From contig OX597831.1 of the NCBI GenBank assembly GCA_951406725.2, forward strand, positions 44,268,001-44,332,000: a stretch of 64,000 nt of DNA, in the 5' to 3' direction. A model generated the notes under the pieces. It saw only the letters and a program-made list of their open reading frames with translations. It had not been told where the DNA came from and did not search any database. Source of the stretch: Octopus vulgaris (Eukaryota). Below are positions 1 through 16,399 of this stretch, in pieces (position 1 is the first letter of the stretch; every line of letters begins with the position of its first letter). Made by a program: the position numbers and the translations under genes.

Positions 1-102
1 TGAAGGGAATAACAAGCTACATAATGCAAAATTTTTACTTTTCAAAAATTCCAATTCCAGCGGGTCGAAACAAACCTGAGCAACGCCGGGCGATACTGCT
101 AG
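1..102 (+). mobile_element. Helitron 3' terminus (partial)
   Basis: GC-rich hairpin CCTGAGCAACGCCGGG followed by CTAG (99-102) and a T. Nearly identical to the 3' end of the Helitron at 50415-50810. Confidence 0.7.
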
Positions 103-136
103 TATGCATATAAATATATATATATAAATATGTACA

Positions 137-186
<50 letters not shown>

Positions 187-1312
187 AATATGTACATATG
201 TATATATACATCTATATATATGTATAAATACACACGCACACATACGTACGTACATACGCACACACAAACACACACAAACACAGATACACATACATATATA
301 TATATATATATAGATATATAGATATAGGTGTATCTATATACACACCTAAATGTAAATGAGGGTTTGATTATGCTCAGCGTTTTCCACATAACATCAGAAA
401 ATGTCTCTCACCGCAGTAGTGCCGGTAAATGTGAGGTTTAGAGTAAAAAATAAATAGACAAATAAATAAATCGATAAATAAATAAATAAAAACTAAGATC
501 AGCCAAAATGATTGCAGTTGTTATTTTACTTGTTTGCTTTTAATTTTGCCTCATAAACACAAACAAAATAAACAAGACTGCAGAAAACATCCCACGAAAA
601 CAACTCCATAAAAACGATTGCGCCCTCCTATAGTCAATCAGCCATCTTTGTTCTTCGCCTCTTGTAATAATGAGCAACATTGTATAGAGAGAGTTCAACA
701 GCTTCAATAAGTTTTATTGTTTCATTATTTGCAAATTATCATGTTTATTATATTATTCTATTTAGAGTTTCTCTCTTCTCCGTAGAATTTGCAATAATAA
801 TAATAATAATAATATGAAAAATAAAGAAACGAATAGTAAATAAACAAAAATCGCAACTGCATAGAAAATTCTTAACCAAATATTTCGTCGTAGAATCCAC
901 GTATCAAATGGAATTGATGAAGTGCTTCTCTCCAGTCTCAATGGATTTTCACTTTGTTATCTTTCAACTAATTCTTTGACAACACAAATTTTATTATCTT
1001 CAATTGAGATATACGAGTCCAGTGTGTTGTGCGGCTTTTATCAAGACATTTTGTTACGTCAAAAACAAAAACAATACCAAAAAAAAAATGTTTAATCAAA
1101 CGCCCTGTGCCAAATTCCACGGAAGGGATTTGTTATTAAGGTAAATTGTTCTTATAATGCTGTAGCAACATCGTCATTTACTGTAATAAACTTCAACGAA
1201 CTCTCTTTTTGTTAAATCTATATTAACACGAAAAAGAAAAAGAAAATGAAATAATGCAAAATCCTTACATCTTTATATACATGTGTGTGTGTGTGTGTGC
1301 ATATCCATATAT

Positions 1313-1359
<47 letters not shown>

Positions 1360-1377
1360 CCTCTCTCTCTCTGTATA

Positions 1378-1414
<37 letters not shown>

Positions 1415-1719
1415 ATATATATATGGTCTTTTCATTTTATGTTTTACTGGACATCGGCTGTTAGTGTTTCATTTGAATATATATACTTTATTTCAGCTGT
1501 AATTATTTTATCTTTCTCAGTTTATCGAATAGTTAACTCTCATTAGGGGTCGTAACTTGATATATACAGAATATGTGTGTGTGTGTGTGTGTGCGTATGT
1601 GTGTGTGCGCGCCCATATATCTGTGTGTATATGTATATATATATATATACACATACACAAGCTTACACACACAGAGGTTTTAACTTCTATTTTCAAATTT
1701 GCATCTCCAAACCTCTCTC

Positions 1720-1783
<64 letters not shown>

Positions 1784-1896
1784 CTAATTGTATACAAAAT
1801 GTCTTTATGAGTTACTAATTAAGACCTTGTTTTTTTTTTAAGTTTTGCAATTTTTACATCAGATAATAGAAAAGTTTAAAAACACGTGTGAGGACT

Positions 1897-2117
1897 CATG
1901 AGGTGATACCGAATAGTTCCTGGTTCTGGGTAAAAGACAATACAGAGGGAATTAGTTAATTATGATTTTATTCCACATATTCTCCTCTCAGATTCATACA
2001 CTTATTACAGCAGTCCTTTTGTTTTTCTACGGCCTGTAAAAGAACTCGGAAGGTTGGGCCCCCAAGCAGGCCTTTCGCAATACCCTTAAAGCCAGGAACT
2101 TTCAGCACCCCCTCGTA
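1897..2117 (-). mobile_element. mariner-derived MITE
   Basis: Imperfect TIRs (ATGAGGTGATACCGAATAGTTCCTGG / CCAGGAACTTTCAGCACCCCCTCGTA). The minus strand keeps a transposase C-terminus, CNKCMNLRGEYVE*. Confidence 0.7.
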
Positions 2118-2185
2118 AATGTAGAACAGAAATTGGAGCAATTCGCAAAATTAGACACTCAGTATCTTAATATTCTATGTGTTTA

Positions 2186-2771
2186 AGGCAGCGAGCTGGC
2201 AGAAACGTTAGCACGCCGGGCGAAATGCGTAGCTGTATTTCGTCTGCCGTTACGTTCTGAGTTCAAATTCCGCCGAGGTCGACTTTGCCTTTCATCCTTT
2301 CGGGGTCGATAAATTAAGTACCAGTTACGCACTGGGGTCGATGTAATCGACTTAATCCCTTTGTCTGTCCTTGTTTGTCTCCTCTGTGTTTAGCCCCTTG
2401 TGGGCAGTAAAGAAATAGGTATTTCGTCTGTCTTTACGTTCTGAGTTCAAATACCACCAAGGTCGGCTTTGCCTTTCATCCTTTCGGGGTTGATTAAATA
2501 AGTATCAGTTACGCACTGGGGTCGATATAATCGACTTAATCCGTTTGTCTGTCCTTGTGTGTCCCTTCTGTGTTTAGCCCCTTGTGGGCAGTAAAGAAAT
2601 AGGTATTTCGTCTGTCTTTACGTTCTGAGTTCAAATTCTGCGGAGGTCGACTTTGCCTTTCATCCTTTCGCGATCGATAAATTAAGTACCAGATACGTAC
2701 TGGGGTCGATCTAATCGACTGGCTCCACCCTCCCCCAAAATTTCGGTCCTTGTGCCTAGAGTAGAAAAGAA
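2186..2771 (+). mobile_element. tRNA-derived SINE family B, one head plus three tandem bodies
   Basis: Head GGCAGCGAGCTGGCAGAAACGTTAG, B-box-like GTTCAAATTCC, core GTCGACTTTGCCTTTCATCCTTTCGGGGTCG repeated three times. Confidence 0.8.
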
Positions 2772-3132
2772 CATTTCCATGTGTTTGTGAAGCAAACGGC
2801 TTGTAAAAGTTAAACAATGGATCAAAAACAATTAGTTTCTTGATATATATAAATCCAAAAGCCACATTGTAACGATGTTCTTTAAAAGAGCTCTCGACTA
2901 CAGGAAATAGAAAACAATGAAAGTAAGGCAGGACAGAAGCAAAGAAGTCGTATAAGCAGTATAACTATAACAGATTTAGTGATGTTAATGCATACAGTCT
3001 CGAGTTCAAATCTGCTTATAGAACTCTTAGAAAACTATGGAACAATGCAAAATGCGTGTGATGAGTATCTGTGATGATTAAGAAATAAAAGCATGATATC
3101 GTGAACAAGAAAACCTGTAGTGAATCGTTAAA

Positions 3133-4425
3133 TACGAGAGGCGGCAGAAAGTTCATAAGCTGACCAAGATATTCTCATGGGATATAACCAAATGAAGTTT
3201 ATTTTTCAATATAGTTCCCCTTGCAGTCCACATATTTTTTCCATTAGTGTTGCAGTGCTTGGATCTTATTGGTGAAGAAGCTTTCACCCTGTTGCTCAAA
3301 AAATTCATCAACAGACATGACGTCATCGTCACTGCGATACTACTTCACAGCCAAGTGTTTTTTTCATGTTGGGGAATAGATGACAGTTTGACGGGGCCAA
3401 AACAAGGAAATAGGGAGGTTGATCAACCAGTTCAAGGCCACAGTCATGCAAAGCAGCCATTAAAACCATGGACTTGTGTGCTGGGGCATTATTCCTATGA
3501 AACGAGACTCCTTTCGTCAGTTTTCCTGAGCTGTTGGTCTTGATAGCCTTTCGTAGCTGCCTCAGCAAGATGGCATAATACTCTCCATTGATGGTGTGGC
3601 TCTTTTAAAGATAGCCAATAAACACAATGTCTTTTGCACCTCAAAAAACTGAGGTCATTACCTTCCCTGCAGATGAAACGAATTTGGCCTTCTTTGCTGC
3701 TGGAGAGGAGGGATGTTTTCACTGCATTAATTGTCTCTTTGTCTCTGGCTCAAAGCGATGAACCCAACACACATCCTCGGTTAGGAAGCATTCAAGGAAA
3801 CCATCAGGCTCTACTTGAAACAATGTCAGATTTTCTCGTGATATGATCAGCCTGGTGTGCTTTTGATCAGATATCAGAAGACATGGCAACCACAGAGCAG
3901 AAACCTTTGTCGTACCAAGTTCTTTGTGCAGAATATTCTCAAGTGTCTCGCGGGATATGCTAATAACATTGGCTGTTCGATTTATGGTCAAACGCCTGTC
4001 ATCCATCACCATGTGGTAAAACGATCAATATCAACCTCGGTTGTCGGACGTCTAGACTTTGAATCATTTTTAGATTCTCCCTTCCCCTCTAAAATTCAGC
4101 TGTCCACTTTCGTACTCTCGATAAAGCTGGAGTGTCGTTCCCTATTGTAGCAACCATGTCAGCATGAATGCCCTTGGGAACTAAACCTTTCCCCCCTTTT
4201 TTTGCAGGTACTTCCTAACACCACAATGCCAAATTTTCTCGATTTTCAAGAGAAGTCGCAACCAGTTACCTTTGAAGTCTTCCTTGAACAGTCAAGTGTC
4301 TGTTTACCTAGAAAAAAAAACAATGTAGATATTAATAAGAGTTAAAATTAATGCATGAAAGATTTCACAGCTCTAGCAATACTCCTTCGTAGTCAGCCTG
4401 TGAACTTTTCAAACCTGCCTCGAAT
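3133..4425 (-). mobile_element. Full-length degenerate mariner element; transposase pseudogene at about 3199-4240
   Basis: TIRs TACGAGAGGCGGCAGAAAGTTCATAAGCTGAC / GTCAGCCTGTGAACTTTTCAAACCTGCCTCGAATA. Fragments KVSALWLPCLL (WVPRLL), FHRNNAPAH (HDNAPAH) and PPYFLVLAPSNCHLF (PPYSPDLAPSD) with stops and frameshifts. Confidence 0.9.
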
Positions 4426-4599
4426 AGTCGTTTCACCGGCAGAGTGCTATTTAGATCAAATGAAATTATTAATTCATATAAAGATTGTACTGAAAATATT
4501 GCAAAAGTAGAGTATAATTATTTTTATTAAATGAGGTGGGTCGTTCAAATTACATATGCGGGCAGAGTAACTCTTTCTCCATAGTAACTCGCCATCATT

Positions 4600-5910
<1,311 letters not shown>

Positions 5911-6873
5911 AGTATAAATTAAAATGGAAAATGATAAAGCAAAACATGATATCACTCGAACAAACATTTAAAATTTGTTAGAAAATATACGCAGATAGAT
6001 TCTCTTACCGCTGTTTCTAGAATAGTCAAGCAAGTAGATCGTGATATTGAGTAAGGATTCCATAAGCTGAGTACTCTGTCATCGGAGAGAAAGAAGTCAG
6101 AAGACATAAAAATGAAAAATATCCCCGGTAAAGGATACTTATACTTTCCGGTTTGTCGAGAAATGAAGGAAGGATCAGAATGAAAAATATATGCGTTAGA
6201 GTTAGGTAGTTCCATGTTTGAATAAATACTGAAGTTATAAGTAAAGTCCATTATCAATTCCATAGGTAAATATTTCTTGATAATGTATTTTATTTTGCTA
6301 TGGATCATCTCCAAATATTCGCCTTTGTCAATGATAATAGGCTTGTTAACTGATGATATCCTCAGGAAAGGAAAAGCCGATACAACGTGACACCGGTATC
6401 GTCGTAGGCATTGCCTTCAGATGTAAAAAGCCAGAACAAATCGGGTAATGCGTCTTAGCCGACGCTTTATCAGTTCAGCCAATCCTGCACTCCTAGCCGG
6501 TACATTTTTTAACGATCTCCACCGCCGTCATCCGGCCAAAGATAGCCAGCAAATGGGTGAATTTGGACAATATATTGGAAGAAGTAATGGTTGTGTTGGA
6601 CGATGACTAAGACGTGGGGAAAACATACATAGAAGCGAGACACTTCTATATTCGGCCTGCATGGAAAGACAGAGTCGACCACGGTGAGATCTGAACAAAT
6701 ATCACAAGGCAAGGTAATCTATCCTGTCTTACGCTCCAACAGTTCACTTCGTTATACATTTATACATACATACGTACATACATACATACAAACATACATG
6801 TATACATACACAATATATATATATGCATTCATATATATATATATATATATATATATAGGCGCAGGATATAAGT

Positions 6874-7270
6874 AGGCGCAGGAGTGGCTGTGTGGTAAGT
6901 AGTTTGTTTACCAACCACATGGTTCCGGGTTCAGTCCCACTGCGTGGCACCTTGGACAAGTGTCCTCTACTATAGCCTCGGGCCGACCAAAGCCTTGTGA
7001 GTGGATTTGGTAGACGGAAACTGAAAGAAGCCCGTCGTATATATGTATATGTATATATGCGCGTGTGCGTTTGTGTGTCTGTGTTTGTCCCATCCAACAT
7101 CGCTTGACAACCGATGCTGGTGTGTTTATGTCCCCGTCACTTACCGGTTCGGCAAAAGAGACCGATAGAATAAGTACTCGGCTTACAAAGGATAAGTCCC
7201 GGGGTCGAGTTGCTCGATTAAAGGCGGTGCTCCAGCATGGCCGCAGTCAAATGACTGAAACAAGTAAAAA
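6874..7270 (+). mobile_element. tRNA-derived SINE family A
   Basis: Head AGGCGCAGGAGTGGCTGTGTGGTAAG (A-box-like), GGTTCAGTCCC (B-box-like), internal TA/TG tract, tail TGACTGAAACAAGTAAAA. Many copies in the window. Confidence 0.85.
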
Positions 7271-7394
7271 AAAAGATATATATATATATAAACACACACA
7301 CATATATGCTTGTATGTGTATGTATATATATATACATTTTCCTTTTTCTTTAATATATGTATACATATATATGTGTGTGTGTTTATATAGGTTT

Positions 7395-7630
7395 ATTCCT
7401 TCTCGAGCCACGCTGGCTCATAGGGCCGGTTTCCCGGTTTCCTTCGCGTATAGGTTCCCCACCTGGATGGGACGCCGGTCCGTCACAGGTGAGCTGCAAG
7501 ATGCAGGAGGAAAGAGTGAGAGAAAATTGTGGTGAAAGAGTCAGCAGAAGTTCGCCCGGTTTGAGATTCGAACCCGCGATCCCTCGACCGCGAGTCCGCT
7601 GCTCTAACCACAAGGACATGGGCCTCCACG
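7395..7630 (-). mobile_element. tRNA-derived SINE family C
   Basis: The minus strand reads GTGGTTAGAGCAGCGGACTCGCGGTCGAGGGATCGCGGGTTCGAATC, the same head as 41406. Confidence 0.75.
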
Positions 7631-7656
7631 TGATTATATGTGTATGTGTGTGAATG

Positions 7657-7702
<46 letters not shown>

Positions 7703-7713
7703 CACAGATAGAT

Positions 7714-7815
<102 letters not shown>

Positions 7816-8222
7816 ACATACACACACACACGCAGAAATAGAGAAAAACGAGAAGGAGAAATGGAGATTCCGTTACGTAAATGAAAGCAATGTGTGAGCA
7901 AGTGTTAATTAGATCTCTATATGTTAACTTTAAAAAAAAATAATAATAACAAACAAATCGAAATATATAAATCAATTACGACCGAGTGAATTACGTAGTC
8001 TCTTGATTATATTCCGCTTTAACCATATAATGGTAACACACAACGTCATATCATATACCATAAAGCTATTTGCTATAAAAAAAAAGATTGTCTCATCTAA
8101 TACAAATTTATATTATAATTTAGAAATCGACTGGAGGAAAAAAAAAATGAATAGAAAACTTGTGTCTAAGGAATGAAGTGAACAGGTACAGCCTTTGAAG
8201 CACCGGTGTAGCGACCTCAAGA

Positions 8223-8457
8223 TACCTATTTCTTTATTACCCACAAGGGGCTAAACACAGAGGGGAGAAACAAGGACAGACATAGGTATTAAGTCGATTA
8301 CATCGACCCCAGTGCCTAACTGGTACTTAATTTATCGACCCCGAAAGGATGAAAGGCAAAGTCGACCTCGGCGGAATTTGAACTCACAACGTAACGCAGA
8401 CGAAATACCGCTAAGCATTTCGCCCGGCGTGCTAACGTTTCTGCCAGCTCGCCGCCT
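8223..8457 (-). mobile_element. SINE family B, monomer
   Basis: Reverse complement of the head, core and tail seen at 2186. Confidence 0.85.
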
Positions 8458-8731
8458 TCGACCCAGGGTATAAGATGTTTTTTCACAGCTATTTTGTTAC
8501 TGCCTATTTGACGCCAATTATTTGGCACTGCCTAATTGGCGCCGCCTGTTTGCCGTCGCCTATTTGCAACTGCGCAGTAGTATGGGCAAATGTCTTTTAC
8601 TATGGCCTCACAAATGCCTTGTCAACGAATTTGGTAAATAGAAACTGTGTGGAAGCCTCCTCCTTTATATGTGTGCGTATATGTGAGTGAGTGTATGTTT
8701 GTCTTTGTGTGTCCCTGAAGTGGTTCGACAG

Positions 8732-9045
8732 AGTGCCAAACACCGACCTTTGGGAAAGGGCCAACGTTCAGATTAGACGAAAGAAATGGAGATGGATCGG
8801 ACACACACTGCGGAAAGAACCCTCAAATGTGACACGACAAGCACTTGACTGAACCCGAAGGGGAAAAGGAAGCGAGGACGCCCGAAGCAGACATGGAAGC
8901 GGAGCATTTTGGAGGAGCTCAGGACCATGGGCTGACATAGGAAGCAGCCAAGAAACATGTCAATGACCGCGAAAAGTGGAAAACAACTGTTGATACACTA
9001 TGCTCCACAAGGGGAAAAAGGATTAAGGAAAAGAAGAAGAAGAAC
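8732..9045 (+). pseudogene. RTE-clade LINE 3' fragment
   Basis: Translates to IRRKKWRWIGHTLRK...RQALD...KGKRKRGRPKQTW...DREKWK...LCST, a typical RTE ORF C-terminus, with a (GAA)n tail. Confidence 0.8.
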
Positions 9046-9129
9046 ATATATATATAATAAGTTAATAAATAAAATAAAACATATGCATATATACATACAT
9101 AGAGATGGAGAGACAGTAAGGTAGAAGTC

Positions 9130-10318
<1,189 letters not shown>

Positions 10319-10327
10319 ATATATATA

Positions 10328-10535
10328 CTGTAATCTCTCGCTATATCGCGGTTTATTATTTAAGCATCCGTCGATTCCTCCGTGGTGGTGTTTTGCATTC
10401 ATAATAAAATAAATATATACAACTTATTAAAATAGTAAAATATATATATACACGCAGTACTGTTTCTACTTCGCAGATTTTCTCCTATTTCGGGGTGGGG
10501 GGTGGAACGTAACACCCGCGATAGTCGAGGGATTA

Positions 10536-10538
<3 letters not shown>
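10328..10538. mobile_element. pogo/Tigger-like MITE
   Basis: TIRs CTGTAATCTCTCGCTATATCGCGG / CCCGCGATAGTCGAGGGATTACTG, flanked by TA. Confidence 0.75.
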
Positions 10539-10584
<46 letters not shown>

Positions 10585-10652
10585 GACACACATTTATATA
10601 TATGTATGTATATATGAATATATATATATTCATAAATACATTTATACATATG

Positions 10653-10688
<36 letters not shown>

Positions 10689-10746
10689 AATTCATACATA
10701 CACACATAGATACATAATGCGCACACACATACATATATATGCATAA

Positions 10747-10838
<92 letters not shown>

Positions 10839-11437
10839 ATTCAGGCGAATTACTTCATAGCTTCTCTGTTGAAGACACACCAGTCTAAAAATATGTCCTA
10901 TGTTAGATACGGGAACCCAGGTAATCCGAACTCAACAAGCTATCACTCGTCAAATTTGTAAGTCTGCGGCGTGGTTCCAAAGTAAAATTGGTATTTTGCG
11001 ACAGAATCACAAGAAAAATATACACACCCATAAAAGGTTTTGTGCATTTATCTAAGGCTTATGCATGTTTCCAATAAATACTGGAGCGACTCAGTTTCCA
11101 ATTCAATCGTATTAGTCAATAGTTCAATCATCCTATTGATCAATTGATCTACACGATTGAGCTATGGAACTGGACTCCTTCATTATTTATCGGAAACATA
11201 TGTAAGCCATTAATAAATGTATAAAATCCATTATCTATGTGTATTTCACATATATGTGTGTGTGCGCATGTGTGTATGTGTGTGTTTGTGCCCGAACTCT
11301 GAGTAGCAAGACTCGACCGAAATAAAATACTAATCTCTCCCATGGTATCGGATACTTTTTTCCCGACAGTCTACACTAAACAACTATATAGATATATACA
11401 CGTATACACACACATACACACACACACACATATATAA

Positions 11438-11666
11438 AGGCGGCGAGCTGGCAGAAACGTTAGCAGGCCGGGCGAAATGCGTAGCCGTATTTCGTCTGTC
11501 GTTACGTCGTGAGTTCAAATTCCGCCGAGGTCGACTTTGCCTTTCATCCTTTCAGGGTCGATTAAATAAGTACCAGTTACGCACTGGGGTCGATGTAATC
11601 GACTTGATCCGTTTGTCTGTCCTTGTTTCTCCCCTCTATGTTTAACCCCTTGTAGGCAATAAAGAA

Positions 11667-11668
<2 letters not shown>
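11438..11668 (+). mobile_element. SINE family B, monomer
   Basis: Complete head, core and tail ending CCCCTTGTAGGCAATAAAGAAATA, inserted in a TA tract. Confidence 0.85.
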
Positions 11669-11706
<38 letters not shown>

Positions 11707-13176
11707 ATATGAATTATGATATCTTTGTCGGATGATAGAACTTCATTTGAGGGAGATATATGTACTATTTCTAGTACACCAAGACACCGCGTAGAAGCGC
11801 TAGCCGTTGGTAATGGAATTCAAGGATTGGCTTAACGATTGCCATTGTAACTCTTTCATATTTGGTTTCTTTCGAAAATATTGGTTTGAGATGTTTGCAC
11901 AAGGCCAGCTATTCGCTATTACATCGACCCCCTAAGGTCAACTGGTACTTATTTTATCGATCCCGAAAGGATGAAAAGCAAAGTAGACACCGGCGGAATT
12001 TGAACTCGGAACGTAAAGACAGACGAAATGTCGCTGATAATTTTATCCGGCTGGGTAACAATTTGGCGAACTCGCCATCTTGGTTACTTTTGAAAACATA
12101 GGTTTCAAATTTTGTCACAAGACCGGTAATTTCGGGTAGGGGTAAGGTTATGTCGATTCCATCGGCTCCCAAAGGTTAACAGGTACTTATTTTATCGACC
12201 CCGAATGGGATGACAGGCAAAGTCGCCCTTGACAAAATTTGAACTCAGAACACAAAGCCGAACGGAATGACGCTAATGATTTTTTCCATCTCACCGCCTT
12301 GTTTTCTTTTTAAAATATTACCGCAATAATTGAAATAGCTTCGAATGAGAACCGAACCTGGTTCCAGGCGACTCATCACTGCCAAAATCTCGCTACACCC
12401 GGTGCAACAACCAACGTTGTTCCACAAATGACTGATAAGTGTGTTACTCTGATAATCAGCAGCTTTATGATTTAATCGTCTTTAAATAGATGAAATATTA
12501 ATTCTGACTTACGCGAACGACGTTTTCCATTTTTCTTCTTTCCTTATTTTTTTTCCCCTCACTAATCTTGTAGATAAGCAACATAATATATTAATACCAT
12601 ACTTTTCTCTCTGTTTGATATATTTCTACTCACACATACCAAGAAAGTTATTATCAGTATCATTATTATTGTTGTTGTTATTAAGATAATCAGTAATGTA
12701 TTCGATGGGTTCTCAGATGAACTTTCGGCGCATTTTTGCCAATATCAATGCTTTTAAAGTCGAAAATGTTGTTAATATTTAACTAATTTTCCCTTGTCCT
12801 TCATCCACTCGAAACATCTAAACAGAAAGTGGAATAATAACTTCACTATGAGAGAATTAAATCACAGCATTGTAAACTACGGTGAAAGATGAATAACGAT
12901 CCATAGCTAAAACGGTTAAGTCAGCTTTGCAGAAACTTGGTGCTAGGGTATAAAGGAATAGTGGCAGAGGCAGTTGTGATGGTGGCGGTGGTGATGAAGA
13001 AACTAATCCCTTGCTTTCCAAAGTGCACCTATCGGTAAATTCAGGGCTTATCTCCAACATCCAACCTCCGATCTCTATATATTTTAGCGAGGAACACATA
13101 GCTCGCGTCTCTTGATAAGCATGCAAGTATGATGGGTAAATTTAACCGCCGGAGAAATTGTTTTTCAACATACTCA

Positions 13177-13472
13177 GAGCTAGGTGAACTACCACCAACC
13201 CTTTCTACCTACATAGAGCTAAATGAACTAGACCAAACTGTTTTACCTACATAGGTTAAGTTCACTTAACCAACCTCTTTTACCCGGAAGCACTAGATGA
13301 ACTGAGCCAATCTGTTCTACCTACATTGAGTTAAGTGAACTATACCAACCTATTCTCCCTAGAAGCACTAGATAAACTATGGCAACCCGTTCTACCTTCA
13401 TACACCTAAGTAAACTAGCCCAGCCTGTTCTACCTACATAGTTTTAAGTGAACTATTCCAACCTGTTATACC
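13177..13472. repeat. Degenerate ~37-39-bp minisatellite, about 8 units
   Basis: Recurring unit close to GAGCTAAGTGAACTAGACCAACCTGTTCTACCTACATA. Confidence 0.7.
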
Positions 13473-14756
13473 GCTGCTGGTGACACTCATCAGCTGAATA
13501 ACCGAGTGACTATTCGCAACGTTGATGAATGTTTAATTCGTTGTTTTCCATATATCAGAGACGACGAATTCTCGTCCGAGAATGTGGTTGGCTGCGAATA
13601 TGTACTATTGAAAATGCCCCAAAAGGCCGAAATGCATCTGATGCTCTCGCTGGTCACTGCTGGAACAATTTTCGTCTGCCTCTGATATTTATTATGTTTT
13701 TAACACAGCACGTCCATAACCGACATTATGTCGGGACAAATACCATAGTCAAATGCCATTGTCTACTGACAATGTGTCTGCATTAAGTATGGTACATGGT
13801 TATTTTATTTCAATATTACCTTGTGTTTAATGGAATAACGTATGGCACAGGAGATGTATTAAAAAGAGAGAAATCCTTTTTTTAAAGTCGATATTAAGGA
13901 AATCCTGTTTAGGATTGGTCGTCATATTTTTACAAATGAATAGTTATTTAACAGTGTAGTGAGTTCTTTATTCAGTCGATGTTGGCTGATTTTATGTATA
14001 ATTCAAAACTTCCATGATTAAATAATGTTTCACGTATGTAGGGTGTGGTTTGAAGAGTGTGCGTAGATATACATACATGCATACATACGAAAATGCATGC
14101 ATATGTACATACACACACACACACACATATATATATATACACACACATACACACAAATATGTATAACTCTCTCCTCTCTCAGCATGTATGTGTGTGTGTG
14201 TGAGTGTAACTATGTTTATAAGTAGTAAAATAACATTTTGGTAAAAATACATTGTAGTATGCTATGCAAGGCTCGTCCACATTTATTGGCTACCAGATAT
14301 CAACATACAGAGTAAATGCTCTCGCTGCGGGATACTTACCAGGAATTCCATAACATCCGTAGAGTTTATATTAATAGACAAATGAAAGAGAATAGAATGA
14401 GCGACATTTTTTATTTAAAACACTACAATTGTTTCGGCGCATTTTACACTAGTAGTACATTGGCAAGATGTTGTATAATCATTATCATCCATCCAAGGTG
14501 TAAAATGCATTTCGTCAGGTGATTATTTAAATAAGACCTTCGTAAGTTCCTACTCTATTTTCACTGAGTGAAATTGTAGTGATTTTAAGAAAAAGAAATT
14601 ACTTCATTCCATTTTCTACCATCTATGTAGGTTTTAATGTACTACGTACGTACGTACGTACGTACGTACGTATGTATGTATGTATGTATGTATGTATGTA
14701 TGTATGTATGTATGTATGTATATACGTATGATTGTTGTTGATGTTGCTGTTAATGA

Positions 14757-14970
14757 AGCGAGCTGGTAGAATCGTTAGCATGCCGGGCAAGATGCTTAGC
14801 GGGATTTCGTCCGTCTTTACGTTCTGAGTTCAAATTCAACAAAGGTCGACTTTGTCTTTCATCCTTTCAGGGTCGACAAATAAAGTACCACTGAAATACT
14901 GGAATCGATGTAATCGACTGGTCCCCTTCCCCGAAATTTCAGGCCTTGTACTTTTTGTAGAAAGGATTAT
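14757..14970 (+). mobile_element. SINE family B with alternative tail
   Basis: Same head and core, but the tail is CCCCTTCCCCGAAATTTCAGGCCTTGTAC...GTAGAAAGGATTAT. Confidence 0.75.
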
Positions 14971-15555
14971 CAATGTTGTTGTTGTTGTTATTGTTGTTGT
15001 GAGAGCAGCACATACCATCAAAGTGACTGACGCTGGGGCACAAATATACGAAGTCCAATATAACCATCATGGCTACCCGTCTGATAAGATTAAAGAAGGC
15101 ACAGGCATCATAACCATATGTGTGTGACATGGTGACCTCGCTTCACAATAAACAGCCCATGACCTTGCAGGTGGGGCACTATTAAAATTTTCTTCAGGTT
15201 GAGTAGCCTATTCTTCTCAAAAGGTCCTTGAATAAGAGTTTTGTAAGGATGTTAAACGAATCACCTATGTTTCCAGAGGTGAATTATTCAAACACCCAAT
15301 GATCTCTCTCAACACATGGCTATGATGCTTTCCCACTGGTCCTACTCGTGATTAAAGATGCACGTAACGTCAACCACTAAGGGACATGCCCGACTGGTTA
15401 AGGTCAAGCAACTAACAGGCAAAGCTGCGGTAATGTAGCCCATTTTTTTTACACTAAAACAAAACATGAACATGATTACACTTCCTATCAGTTAAGATCA
15501 GAAGCCATGAGAGCAAATATGTACGTACGTACGTATGTCTGTATGTATCTATGTA

Positions 15556-15590
<35 letters not shown>

Positions 15591-15636
15591 ATGTATGTAT
15601 GTATGTATGTATGTATGTATGCATGTATGTATGTCA

Positions 15637-16138
15637 TTATTCAGTTTATTTCAAGATTTCTTGCCAAAAGAGAAAGAACTGGTTTCTAACCTAGATCGAG
15701 GGTTCCTTCGTTGGAATTTCTGCATCAACAACAAGGAATGTTTGTATGTATGTATGTATGTATGTATGTATGTATGTATGTATTATGTATGTATGTATGT
15801 ATGGGCAGATTTGTATGTTTTATGTATGTATTCTCATGCTTATAGTTACATATCTAGACATGCTCATATATATTTAAATGATAAACTTCTGGAAAGTTAC
15901 AAATTTTTACAGTTCCAGTGATGGATTGGATCCGTAGTCTTCTCTTTTCTGGTTTTGAGAAGCCTAATTTCTCAATGCTGCTATTTAGGCAGTGTGTTAC
16001 ATATCTCAGGGCCTCAATAATTACAGGTATAAACCTGAAATTGTAATCTGGATAGAGCAACTGCAGATTTCTTAATAGTTCAGCGTAGGTATTCTCTTTC
16101 TCACTGATCCTCAGCTTTATCTTAACATCCGCTGGGCA
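15637..16138 (-). mobile_element. R4/Dong-like RLE retrotransposon 3' fragment with bipartite 3' UTR, in (CATA)n
   Basis: CPADVKIKLRISEKENTYAELLRNLQLLYPDYNFRFIPVII matches the copy at 59069. It is followed on the minus strand by UTR part 1, (CATA)n, and UTR part 2 containing AATAAA. Confidence 0.8.
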
Positions 16139-16399
16139 GTATGTATATATGTATGTATGTATGATTTGTATTTGAGTATTATTTAAGTATTTCTTCAGAG
16201 ACCCCAAGCTAGTCACTAACAGAGCTACAAGACTCTTTGAGTTAAGAGATTTCCCGGTGTTTGTAAATATGTGGTTGAGTTGGTACATTGATTAAATTGA
16301 CGATGCACACCCTCATGTGTGCATCTATTCACATAAGAATCTCAGATGCAGACGCTTACAAATCTGCAATTTGCCACCAGTAGATTGCATTTGGAAAAT

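Noticed and set aside
5952-6370. 120-aa minus-strand ORF, possibly a Penelope RT relic (upstream IIDKGEYLEM)
   Set aside because: Only a weak motif resemblance; the downstream RT motifs cannot be recognised.
12857-13126. Possible host exon (89-aa ORF)
   Set aside because: No recognisable domain or supportable splice structure. Small host exons elsewhere cannot be excluded without RNA data.
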